This document shows positions 19,835-28,305 of a stretch of 58,405 nt of DNA, piece by piece. The notes under the pieces were generated by a model, which was not told where the DNA came from, did not search any database, and saw only the letters and a list, made by a program, of their open reading frames with translations. Every line of letters starts with the position of its first letter. The first letter of the stretch is position 1. Position numbers and translations under genes: made by a program. Origin of the DNA: a bacterium (lineage in GTDB: Bacteria > Patescibacteriota > Microgenomatia > UBA1400 > UBA12108); NCBI GenBank assembly GCA_037133595.1, contig JBAXNV010000002.1, positions 1-58,405 of the forward strand, in the 5' to 3' direction.

Positions 19835-21487
19835 CTAATCCTCAATAATAACTGGGATTACCACGGGGTTCTTGCCAACTTTATCAACGAAAAGTCGACT
19901 AACCTCCTTGGCAACCTTATCCTTACTATACAACTTATCTCGAGTAATGTCTGCTGCCCCGAGAGAATTTGCCAATGACTTTTTTATCTCAAGCATTGTG
20001 GATTCATCAATAAACTTAGTTATACCTTTTGGAATAAGATCAATGCCAAGATGATCACCAATTTTCTCTAGAAGCACAACGACTACTCCTTCCTGGAACA
20101 TAAGTTTGCGATCGGTTATTTGATTGTCTGCAGTTGTTATCTCACCGCTTTCTACATAGACTGTCTTGAGGGTAAAAGCTTCTCCTAGATGAACTGATCC
20201 ATCGGCCTCCATTACAATTTCTTCGTTCTCAGAAAGCATTACACGCTCTTTACCAATCCCCATCTCGCCAGCTAGTTTGCGATACTGGATCATGTGCCTG
20301 TAGGTTCCGCCAATTGGCATAACAAAGTGAGGCTTTGTCATTGCCATCAGCATCATAAGCTCTCGACTACTAGCGTGACCAGAAACGTGAAGATCTGAAG
20401 AGATATCGGAATAGGAGACGACTATTCCCTTTTTACTCAACATGTCTATGATACGATAGACATTCTTTTCGTTACCTGGGATGGGATCTGAAGAGAAGAT
20501 TACTTTATCACCTGGTTCGAGATGAGCAGCTTGATGGTTGCCTGAGGCTAGGCGATCAAGGGAAGAGCTTAGTTGACCTTGGCTACCCGCAGCGATAATA
20601 CAGACCTGTTCGTCGGGAAGGGATTTGATTTTGCGTTTGTCGATCATAAGACGCGGTGGGATCTGCAAAAAACCTAACTCGGTTGCTACCTCGACGTTTC
20701 TTTCTATTGAGAAACCGACAAGAGCGACCTTCCTATTGTGTCTTTTGGCAACCCAAAGTGCCTGTTGGATACGACTAATGTTACTACTCATGGTGGTTAC
20801 TACAACCTTACCTTCACAACCCCTAAATTCGCGTTCGAAAGAATCTTCGACTATCGACTCTGATAGCGAGTATCCGGCTTTTTCACTACGCAAACTGTCT
20901 GAGAGCAAGAGATTAACTCCTTCGGCTCCGGCCCTGGTAATGGATTGAATATCTGGAAGATCTTGCCCTATTGGTGTCCAGTCAAACTTAAAGTCGGCAC
21001 CATGATAAATTTGGCCATTGGGAGTTTTGATAATAAGATGCTTGGTGTCTGGAACGGAGTGAGTTACAGGAATCAACTTGACTTCAAAATCTCCAAGAGA
21101 AATAGGTTGCCTATCTTTGACAACGTTTATAAATTGGGGATCTAAATTGTATTCGCGAAACTTTTCTTTGATAAAACCGGCCGTGAGTTTGCCAGTGTAA
21201 ATTGGAATTGATTCTCCAAGCTGAGGAATAATGAATGGAAGACCGCCAATGTGGTCTTCGTGGCCATGAGTAATTACAATGCCACGAATTTTGCTTAGCT
21301 TGTCTCTTAAATAAGTAATATCTGGGATTGTAAGATCGATCCCCGGAATAGCATCTTCAGGGAAACCTATTCCACAGTCAACAATAATTATGTCTCGAGA
21401 AGACTCATAGACATACATATTGTTGGTAACATTTCCCGTGCCACCAAGTGGGATAATTTTGATAGGTGAATTGACATTAAAAGTCAT
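19835..21487 (-). CDS. rnj: Ribonuclease J
   Basis: 550 aa with the metallo-beta-lactamase motif HGHEDHIGG and beta-CASP/RNase J architecture. Confidence 0.92.
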   Translation of the reverse strand: MTFNVNSPIKIIPLGGTGNVTNNMYVYESSRDIIIVDCGIGFPEDAIPGIDLTIPDITYLRDKLSKIRGIVITHGHEDHIGGLPFIIPQLGESIPIYTGKLTAGFIKEKFREYNLDPQFINVVKDRQPISLGDFEVKLIPVTHSVPDTKHLIIKTPNGQIYHGADFKFDWTPIGQDLPDIQSITRAGAEGVNLLLSDSLRSEKAGYSLSESIVEDSFEREFRGCEGKVVVTTMSSNISRIQQALWVAKRHNRKVALVGFSIERNVEVATELGFLQIPPRLMIDKRKIKSLPDEQVCIIAAGSQGQLSSSLDRLASGNHQAAHLEPGDKVIFSSDPIPGNEKNVYRIIDMLSKKGIVVSYSDISSDLHVSGHASSRELMMLMAMTKPHFVMPIGGTYRHMIQYRKLAGEMGIGKERVMLSENEEIVMEADGSVHLGEAFTLKTVYVESGEITTADNQITDRKLMFQEGVVVVLLEKIGDHLGIDLIPKGITKFIDESTMLEIKKSLANSLGAADITRDKLYSKDKVAKEVSRLFVDKVGKNPVVIPVIIED

Positions 21488-21510
21488 AATTTGATCAGTG
21501 TTAGTAATAA

Positions 21511-22560
21511 TTAATATGAAATCATGTATGATTTGTAGTTGTCTGCATTTAACAAAACTGAAGTGGCGCTTCCCTCGACAATTTGCTTGGCAACTTTGCG
21601 CACAACTGATGCCATAGTGCGATCGAGAGTGCGAATACCAGCATCATAACCCAAGGGACGAACGACGAGAGGCCAGATAGCGGGATCGATCGTTAGCTGC
21701 TCCCTGGAAAGCCCTGCATTTTTGAGAGCTTTGGGAAGAAGGAATTGCTGAACAATATGAATTTTTTCTTCATCAGTATAACTAGGCATTTGAATAAGTT
21801 CGAGACGATCAAGAACAGCTGTTGCAACGTGGGGAGTGTTGTTGGCTGTAGCAATAAATAGAACTTGCGAAAGATCGACGGGAAAATCGAGATATTGATC
21901 AAGAAAACGATTATTTTGCGTGGGATCAAGAAGCTCGACTAGAACACCCATAATATCCATTCGCTCCTCAGCACCGACACGATCAATTTCATCTAGTAAA
22001 ATAATTGGATTCATGGTTCCAGCTTCTTTGAGAGCTTTGAGAATATATCCTGGTTCGGCCTCAGGGAAAAGTCGCGAACGGCCTCGCAAGTCGCGCGCGC
22101 TACCCAAGCCACCAAAAGGAATACGAGCAAAGCCTCGCCCCAATACCTCAGCCAAAGTATAAGCAAAAGTAGTTTTGCCTGTACCAACCAAGCCCACCAA
22201 GAAAATAGCTGGTGCACGAACGGCACCCTCTACTTGATTGTCTTTGCGTAATTTCATGGTTGCCAAAAATTCGAGAATACGTTCTTTGGGTTCGTTCATA
22301 CCATAATGCGTGCTATCCATAGCAGCTTTGGCTTTGGCAATATCAATATTGTCGGTCGTATATTTCCCCCATGGAAGGTTAATTATCCAACTGACATAGT
22401 GAGCAAGTCGATCATATTCGGCAGAGTAAATTCCTGAATCTACCATGCGTTTGAGACGAGTAATCATTTCGAGCGCTTTTCGCGTAAGTTCTTCAGGGGC
22501 ACTACTAGATTTGAGGCTATTTTCGAGTGAGACAATTTCGTCTGTGTTGTTGGGTTCCAT
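21511..22560 (-). CDS. Lon-type AAA+ ATPase module without LAN or protease domains
   Basis: 349 aa. The Lon-specific segment HYGMNEPKERILEFLA precedes Walker A GLVGTGKTT, Walker B ILLDEID, sensor ATAN and Arg finger LDR. The ORF ends at the alpha-subdomain, and 23 nt later rnj starts. Confidence 0.85.
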   Translation of the reverse strand: MEPNNTDEIVSLENSLKSSSAPEELTRKALEMITRLKRMVDSGIYSAEYDRLAHYVSWIINLPWGKYTTDNIDIAKAKAAMDSTHYGMNEPKERILEFLATMKLRKDNQVEGAVRAPAIFLVGLVGTGKTTFAYTLAEVLGRGFARIPFGGLGSARDLRGRSRLFPEAEPGYILKALKEAGTMNPIILLDEIDRVGAEERMDIMGVLVELLDPTQNNRFLDQYLDFPVDLSQVLFIATANNTPHVATAVLDRLELIQMPSYTDEEKIHIVQQFLLPKALKNAGLSREQLTIDPAIWPLVVRPLGYDAGIRTLDRTMASVVRKVAKQIVEGSATSVLLNADNYKSYMISY

Positions 22561-22566
22561 AGATCT

Positions 22567-22576
22567 ATCTTAACAT
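22567..22576 (-). promoter_or_regulatory. ATGTTAAGAT box (extended -10 like TGnTAAGAT), copy 1 of 3
   Basis: The minus strand reads ATGTTAAGAT-AGATCT-ATG(22560). Identical 10-mers occur at 23877-23886 and 37458-37467. Confidence 0.5.
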
Positions 22577-22589
22577 TCTTTTGTCACTA

Positions 22590-23870
22590 TCATTGAGGTT
22601 GAAGAGTTTTGACAATACTATCCATTTCTTTGAGTACGCCTACATCATATTTGGCTGGAACTGCATAATTTAGACCACCAATATTTAGAGGGGTGACGAA
22701 ATATGTATCCGTTTCGTTCTTGCCACAAAATAAGAAAATGCTATTGTCTCCTTCGTTGCCTTTGAAGTAACGACGAAGAATATAACCCTGATCTGAAGGA
22801 TATTCGGTATAATCCTTGGTACGAAGATCGCCAGATGATCCCTGGAATGAAGGACTATCTTTGAATAGACAAACTGCATTACCGACGGCGGCTTGAGAGA
22901 TGATAATTTTATAACCATTTCTGGAGATGGTAAGGGTTGATGTTCCTTCAGTTTTTTTGGTTGTAACTGCCCAGGTTGCTGGAAATGATATGGTATATGC
23001 AGGATAGCTAAGACCTGATACTGATTCACTCTTAAATTGCTTCCACTCGCCAAGTCTATCGGCAATATTGGTGATTTGAAAAGTTGTCATTGCTAGATGA
23101 AGTTGTCTGACCAATTCTTGATTAGCAATTGATTTGTTTTTGCCAGTTGGGATAAGAGCAAACGTAAAGACATCTTCATTAACCATAAAGTAACTAACAA
23201 TATATTCCTCGCCAGTTGCTGATATCAACTCCGTGCGCTCAAAACCATCATAATTGCCGATGCGAAGTGGTGTGCTTTTGCCAACTGCTCTAGATGGCCT
23301 ACCCTGCCAGAGAGTAGCACGCGAAGCATCTAATCCTGCAATATAGGCCACTACGTTGTCAGCTTGAGTCTTGGCCATACTAATCTCAAGTCGAACACCG
23401 TCTGAAAGAGAGAATGCTTTGGTACTTTCAATGTTGGTTGTGTAATCGAGAATTGACCAAGTAGGATGGATTTGCATCTCGTAAGAATTGTACGGATCTT
23501 GGTAAAGAGGCCAATCGGTTGTTACGGTGTCAGTGCCAGTAATTTCTGGCCCAGATTTTGTAACTATTGGAACAGCTTTTTTGGCGGCGTCTGAAGAAGA
23601 AATGGCAATCTGGAGAACGACAGCCAACACAAGCATGAAGCCACCAAAAATACCTAGCATTGCCCTTTTGTTTTGCTTCAATTTATTAAACTTTTCTAGA
23701 TTGAATTCTGGTAGATGAAATGAGTGAGATTGGGTGGGATTGGGACTAGGTGCAGGCACTGGTGGAAGAACTGGAGTCGCTGGAATTTCGGGAGCTATTG
23801 GGACATCTATAGAAACTGCCGGTTGTGAGGGTAGCGTGGTTTCTGAAAATTTATCAAATGAACTAGGCAT
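22590..23870 (-). CDS. Single-pass membrane protein, function unknown (Pro-rich cytoplasmic N-terminus, large external domain)
   Basis: 426 aa with a P/A/V-rich first ~60 aa and a KQNKR anchor followed by a TM helix (MLGIFGGFMLVLAVVLQIAI). I recognised no family. Confidence 0.6.
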   Translation of the reverse strand: MPSSFDKFSETTLPSQPAVSIDVPIAPEIPATPVLPPVPAPSPNPTQSHSFHLPEFNLEKFNKLKQNKRAMLGIFGGFMLVLAVVLQIAISSSDAAKKAVPIVTKSGPEITGTDTVTTDWPLYQDPYNSYEMQIHPTWSILDYTTNIESTKAFSLSDGVRLEISMAKTQADNVVAYIAGLDASRATLWQGRPSRAVGKSTPLRIGNYDGFERTELISATGEEYIVSYFMVNEDVFTFALIPTGKNKSIANQELVRQLHLAMTTFQITNIADRLGEWKQFKSESVSGLSYPAYTISFPATWAVTTKKTEGTSTLTISRNGYKIIISQAAVGNAVCLFKDSPSFQGSSGDLRTKDYTEYPSDQGYILRRYFKGNEGDNSIFLFCGKNETDTYFVTPLNIGGLNYAVPAKYDVGVLKEMDSIVKTLQPQ

Positions 23871-23876
23871 ATAGAT

Positions 23877-23886
23877 ATCTTAACAT
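23877..23886 (-). promoter_or_regulatory. ATGTTAAGAT box, copy 2 of 3
   Basis: The minus strand reads ATGTTAAGAT-ATCTAT-ATG(23870). Confidence 0.5.
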
Positions 23887-23890
23887 GATT

Positions 23891-24733
23891 TTAGAGCGCG
23901 CCACCTTGAAATCCTGGGCAGTTATCCTTGGCCCATTTGAGATATTCTGGTTGGCATTGAGGGCTACTGACAGCATCTGGTCCTGGCATACAATCAACCC
24001 AAGCGCCAGAAGGACACGTGATGAAGCGAAAGGTATCTTGCCAGGAGTTGTCGGCTTTGTCGCCAGTTAGAGCGTACTGACCAATACTAAAGAAGGCAAG
24101 TTTGGTGGGGTGGGCCTGATCAATTAGAAAATAAGCTACACCACCGAAGGATAAATATTTTGAGGGACACTTGTCGACATATGGCCCAGCAGTTTCCATA
24201 TCTTTAGAGAATGAGGCTGGAAGACCAATTGTTGCTGTGTTATATCCGTCAGGATAAACCTGCGTATTACCGAAAGATCCTTTTGTTCCCTTAATAGTAA
24301 TTGGGCAATCTTCTGGCAAGTAACCGAAAAGAACAGACTTTGCTATTGCACTATCGATTGAATCTGATGCATCCTTGTCGAAAAGCTCAACATATTGGCC
24401 TTTATCAAACTGCATATTACTTGAGTATACGTAAACTTTGCTGCCAATCTCTTTTGCTGCAATAACTTCATTACTCCCTTTGTACTTTTCTTGATACTTG
24501 AAAGTGATCCCTAGCTTCTCGGAAGTGAACGTTTTTATGTTGAGATTAGAACTAGGGGAAGGAATTGGAATAATTGATGGAGCAAGAGTGGAGGTGGGGG
24601 TGGGTGTAGAAAGAAGAGTTGGTGGGGCAATAGAGACCAGTGGATTTTGAAGAGATTTGGTACGAAAGAATAACAAGGCTCCAGCCGTAAGTGCGACAAG
24701 TAAGAGAAGAAAAACGAAAGATTGCTTGGACAT
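23891..24733 (-). CDS. Secreted or membrane-anchored protein with a Cys-containing C-terminal motif, function unknown
   Basis: The likely start is MSKQSFVFLLLLVALTAGALLFF (signal/anchor). The longer ORF start at 24775 falls inside the pnp terminator hairpin. The C-terminus reads CPSGAWVDCMPGPDAVSSPQCQPEYLKWAKDNCPGF. Confidence 0.6.
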   Translation of the reverse strand: MSKQSFVFLLLLVALTAGALLFFRTKSLQNPLVSIAPPTLLSTPTPTSTLAPSIIPIPSPSSNLNIKTFTSEKLGITFKYQEKYKGSNEVIAAKEIGSKVYVYSSNMQFDKGQYVELFDKDASDSIDSAIAKSVLFGYLPEDCPITIKGTKGSFGNTQVYPDGYNTATIGLPASFSKDMETAGPYVDKCPSKYLSFGGVAYFLIDQAHPTKLAFFSIGQYALTGDKADNSWQDTFRFITCPSGAWVDCMPGPDAVSSPQCQPEYLKWAKDNCPGFQGGAL

Positions 24734-24761
24734 AAGACTAGTATAGCGGAAATTATACTGT

Positions 24762-24796
24762 GGTTGAACCCTCACAATATATGTGAGGGTTCAACC
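24762..24796 (-). terminator. Strong hairpin downstream of pnp
   Basis: 14-bp perfect stem ggttgaaccctcac / gtgagggttcaacc with a 7-nt loop, 16 nt past the pnp stop. Confidence 0.6.
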
Positions 24797-24811
24797 TAGT
24801 TAAATTACAAA

Positions 24812-27001
24812 TTATCGACGAGGGCGGAAGCCGCCGCGGTCACCTCCCCTACCACCACTAAAACCACCGGGACGTCCACCTCCGAAACCGCCTTGAGGGC
24901 GATCACCGGGTTGGTCTTTTAGTTGATCAAGTGGAACCATTGAGAGATCTAGTCTACCTTGAGCATCCATTCCTTTGACCCAAACATGCACAGTGTCACC
25001 CTCTTTGACTAGAGCTCCTGCATCAGCCACGTATTCTGTGCTCATACGAGAAACGTGTACGAGGCCTTGTTTTCCTGCGGCGATCTCAACGAAACAACCG
25101 TATGATTCGACGCGCTTGACGATACCTTCGTGCTCTTCACCAACCTCTGGGATATGAACCATGCCTTTGATCCAGGTAACGGCTTTGTCCATCGCAACTG
25201 GATCTACTCCAGAAACAGTGACCATGCCTTTGCCAGTAGAATCGTCAATGTCGACTTGAACACCAGTCTCAGCCATGATCATCTTAATCATCTTGCCGCC
25301 TGGGCCGATTACCTCACCTATTTTGTCGGTTGGAATCTCGAACTGAACAATCTTGGGTGCGTGTTTACTGAGTTCTTTCCTTGGTTCTGGAATTGCCTTA
25401 AGCATAACTTCCATAATTTCCATGCGAGCTACTTTGGCCTGGGCTAGAGCTTGAGTTAGAACTTCAAAACTAATGCCTTTGACCTTAATATCCATCTGAA
25501 GAGCAGTAATACCATCGACAGTACCCGCAACCTTGAAGTCCATGTCTCCGACATGATCTTCAATACCAGCAATATCTGTAAGAACTACTGATTTTGTGCC
25601 ATTGGTCATAAGACCCATCGCAATACCAGCAACTGGTTTTTTGATAGGAACACCTGCCGCCATAAGTGACAATGTACTACCACAAACACTAGCCTGGCTT
25701 GTACTACCATTGCAACTCATAACCTCAGAGACGACATGAATTGTATACGGGAAATCTACTTCACTTGGGAGAACTGGCATAAGTGCCCGCTCGGCAAGAG
25801 CACCATGGCCAATCTCACGACGACCTGGGGCGCCAAATCTACCAGTCTCACCACTAGCGTAGGGTGGCATAGTGTAGTGATGAATGTATCTTTTGACTTT
25901 TTCGTCTTCCATGGTCTCAAGAATCTGACCAAGTGAAGGAGCTCCAAGAGTTGTAATGCTAAGAACTTGAGTCTGACCACGCTTGAACATGGCACTTCCG
26001 TGTGGACGAGGGAGAATGTCTACCTCAGCAGATAAAGGACGAATCTGAGTAGTTTTACGACCATCGACTCGAATCTCTTCAGTTATGGTCATTTCCCTCG
26101 CAACTTCGGCCATAGTATCATGAATGATCTCAGCGAGTTGCTCGCTATCAAGTTTTTCGACGTAAGAGTCTTTGAGAGCTTCAACAAAACTTTCAACAAG
26201 TCCATCCTCAGATTGAGGAACGCCAAACCTGGCTCGGATATCTTTACTTATCTTGTCACTTATTTCTTTGCGGAGTGTTGGATCAATTGTGACAACTTCG
26301 GCAAATTCGAGCTTGGTGATACCAACTACAGCTCTTAGCTCTTCGATGCCAGTAATTATTTCTTTGATAGCATCGTGAGCAAATTGAAGGGCTCCAAGAG
26401 TAATCTCTTCTGTTACCTCTTTGGCACCAGCCTCGACCATGACGATTGCATCTTTACTACCGGAGACGATAAGATCTAAAGTGGAAATTTCGCGTTGTTC
26501 GTAGGTAGGATTTATCACATATTGGCCATCAATATAGCCAACGCGTACTCCAACTACTGGACCTTCCCAGGGGATATTGCTAACGTGTAAAGCTGCGCCT
26601 GTTGCTACCATTGCTACCATGTCGGCATCGTTACTGCCATCGGCAGAAAGAACGGTTGCGATTACCTGAACATCTCTTTTGACACTTTTTGGAAATAAAG
26701 GACGGATTGAACGATCTATAATGCGACCTTTAAGTACTGCCTCGTCGCTTGGGCGACCATCTCTTTTGACCCAACGACTACCCTTGATCTTGCCACCAGC
26801 ATAGAGCTTTTCGGCATAATCAACGGAAAGAGGGAAATAGCTAAGTGTTGTATCTGATTTACCCATGACAGTCGTCACGTGCACAACAGTTTCACCATAG
26901 GTAGCAAGTACCGCGGCGTTGGCTAGCTCTGAAAAGCGGCCTGTTTCAAGAATAAGAGGTTTGCCACCAACCATTATGGTGCAGGAATGTTTTTGTAACA
27001 T
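24812..27001 (-). CDS. pnp: Polyribonucleotide nucleotidyltransferase (PNPase) with an RGG-rich C-terminal tail
   Basis: 729 aa with two RNase PH domains, KH and S1 domains. The tail reads GDRPQGGFGGGRPGGFSGGRGGDRGGFRPRR. Confidence 0.96.
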   Translation of the reverse strand: MLQKHSCTIMVGGKPLILETGRFSELANAAVLATYGETVVHVTTVMGKSDTTLSYFPLSVDYAEKLYAGGKIKGSRWVKRDGRPSDEAVLKGRIIDRSIRPLFPKSVKRDVQVIATVLSADGSNDADMVAMVATGAALHVSNIPWEGPVVGVRVGYIDGQYVINPTYEQREISTLDLIVSGSKDAIVMVEAGAKEVTEEITLGALQFAHDAIKEIITGIEELRAVVGITKLEFAEVVTIDPTLRKEISDKISKDIRARFGVPQSEDGLVESFVEALKDSYVEKLDSEQLAEIIHDTMAEVAREMTITEEIRVDGRKTTQIRPLSAEVDILPRPHGSAMFKRGQTQVLSITTLGAPSLGQILETMEDEKVKRYIHHYTMPPYASGETGRFGAPGRREIGHGALAERALMPVLPSEVDFPYTIHVVSEVMSCNGSTSQASVCGSTLSLMAAGVPIKKPVAGIAMGLMTNGTKSVVLTDIAGIEDHVGDMDFKVAGTVDGITALQMDIKVKGISFEVLTQALAQAKVARMEIMEVMLKAIPEPRKELSKHAPKIVQFEIPTDKIGEVIGPGGKMIKMIMAETGVQVDIDDSTGKGMVTVSGVDPVAMDKAVTWIKGMVHIPEVGEEHEGIVKRVESYGCFVEIAAGKQGLVHVSRMSTEYVADAGALVKEGDTVHVWVKGMDAQGRLDLSMVPLDQLKDQPGDRPQGGFGGGRPGGFSGGRGGDRGGFRPRR

Positions 27002-27076
27002 AAATCTATAACTCCCAACTACTCAGGGAGATCCTTATATAATTAATTAATAACAAAATTATAGCGGAAAGTTGGT

Positions 27077-27343
27077 TCATTTGGAGAGATTGAGACTAGC
27101 AAGAAGAATTTTGTAACGATCCTCGGCAGATTTCCTGAGGTAATTAAGAAGTCTTCTACGTTTACTAACCATTTTGAGAAGACCGCGGCGTGAATGGTTG
27201 TCTTTTTTGTGTACTTTAAGATGGGTTGTGAGCTCAGCTATCTTCTCGGTAAGAAGAGCTACTTGGACTTCTGGACTCCCAGTGTCGCCCTTTTGAATAG
27301 CGAATTTGGTAATTATTGTGGCTTTTTTGTCAGTTTTTAACAT
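27077..27343 (-). CDS. rpsO: 30S ribosomal protein uS15
   Basis: 88 aa with [29 protein letters not shown]. It lies immediately upstream of pnp, as in most bacteria. Confidence 0.95.
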   Translation of the reverse strand: MLKTDKKATIITKFAIQKGDTGSPEVQVALLTEKIAELTTHLKVHKKDNHSRRGLLKMVSKRRRLLNYLRKSAEDRYKILLASLNLSK

Positions 27344-27370
27344 AGTGGGTGCATTATACAGATAAGAGGT

Positions 27371-28267
27371 CTATTTGTCACTACCACTTGTGAAGATCTT
27401 GGGTTTGAGCCAATCTGGTTCGGGCTTGATGGGTTGAGACATTGAATGAAGCTCTGTCTCTATTGCAATAATATCTTTTTGATCTTCTTGCTTTCGCTCC
27501 TCAATTATTGGGGTGTTATCAATGATTGTGGCAGTTGGCATATTTACTTTTGTATGATGCCTAGCACCTGCCCTATAAAGAATAGCTAACGCCTCAAAAG
27601 TATCTGCCGTCATACTATCTGATTGAAAATTATTTGTGGCCTCTTCTATGCCCTGCATAAGATTGCTGGCAATGTCTTGAGAAAGTGGGAGTTTGAGCTC
27701 CTGAAGTAGTGCAGTTGCCAACTCACAAAGAGAACTACTTGGATCAACCAAATTGATATGTCCAAAATTACCCTGATTATTACTTATGTTGACAAGGGTT
27801 GTTTGAGTAAAAAAATCGGCTTCGGACGTAGCAATACTACCAATACTAGTTAGACTACTTCCTCCAACCACAAAGGTCAGGTCGCTGCTTGCACCACTAC
27901 TACCAAAAATAATATTTTCTTTAGAAATAGACTGCTGGCCAACTTTGGGTACGATAGTAAGACTCAATTTACCATCATTTACAGCAGAGGTAACCTTATC
28001 AACTATGTCACCCTCAACGTTAACAGTAATAATAAGATTTTGTCCACCAAGATCGGCCTTGATTTTGTCGACTCCAACAAGATGAGAATCGCGTACAGTG
28101 GGTTCAGTTTCGCACATTAAACTCACAGTCTTGCCAGCTGCCAAAAGACTAAGATATAAACCAAGAGCACCAGCCATAGTATCGTGAGAAGGATTTTGGG
28201 CGATTAGAATTAGAAGATCTTTGACCGAATCAAGTTTTTCTTTGAGAGCGATTAGATCGTTTTGCAT
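27371..28267 (-). CDS. NrnA/DHH-family-like protein with substituted catalytic motifs
   Basis: 298 aa that is collinear with DHH phosphoesterases, but the motifs are replaced. HxxPDGD becomes QNPSHDT, DHH becomes SNN (NISNNQGNFGHINLVD) and DTG becomes EAT. It occupies the usual infB-downstream position. Confidence 0.6.
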   Translation of the reverse strand: MQNDLIALKEKLDSVKDLLILIAQNPSHDTMAGALGLYLSLLAAGKTVSLMCETEPTVRDSHLVGVDKIKADLGGQNLIITVNVEGDIVDKVTSAVNDGKLSLTIVPKVGQQSISKENIIFGSSGASSDLTFVVGGSSLTSIGSIATSEADFFTQTTLVNISNNQGNFGHINLVDPSSSLCELATALLQELKLPLSQDIASNLMQGIEEATNNFQSDSMTADTFEALAILYRAGARHHTKVNMPTATIIDNTPIIEERKQEDQKDIIAIETELHSMSQPIKPEPDWLKPKIFTSGSDK

Positions 28268-28305
28268 AAATGGGTCCTTATTGGGGCAGGACTTTTTATG
28301 TAGGC

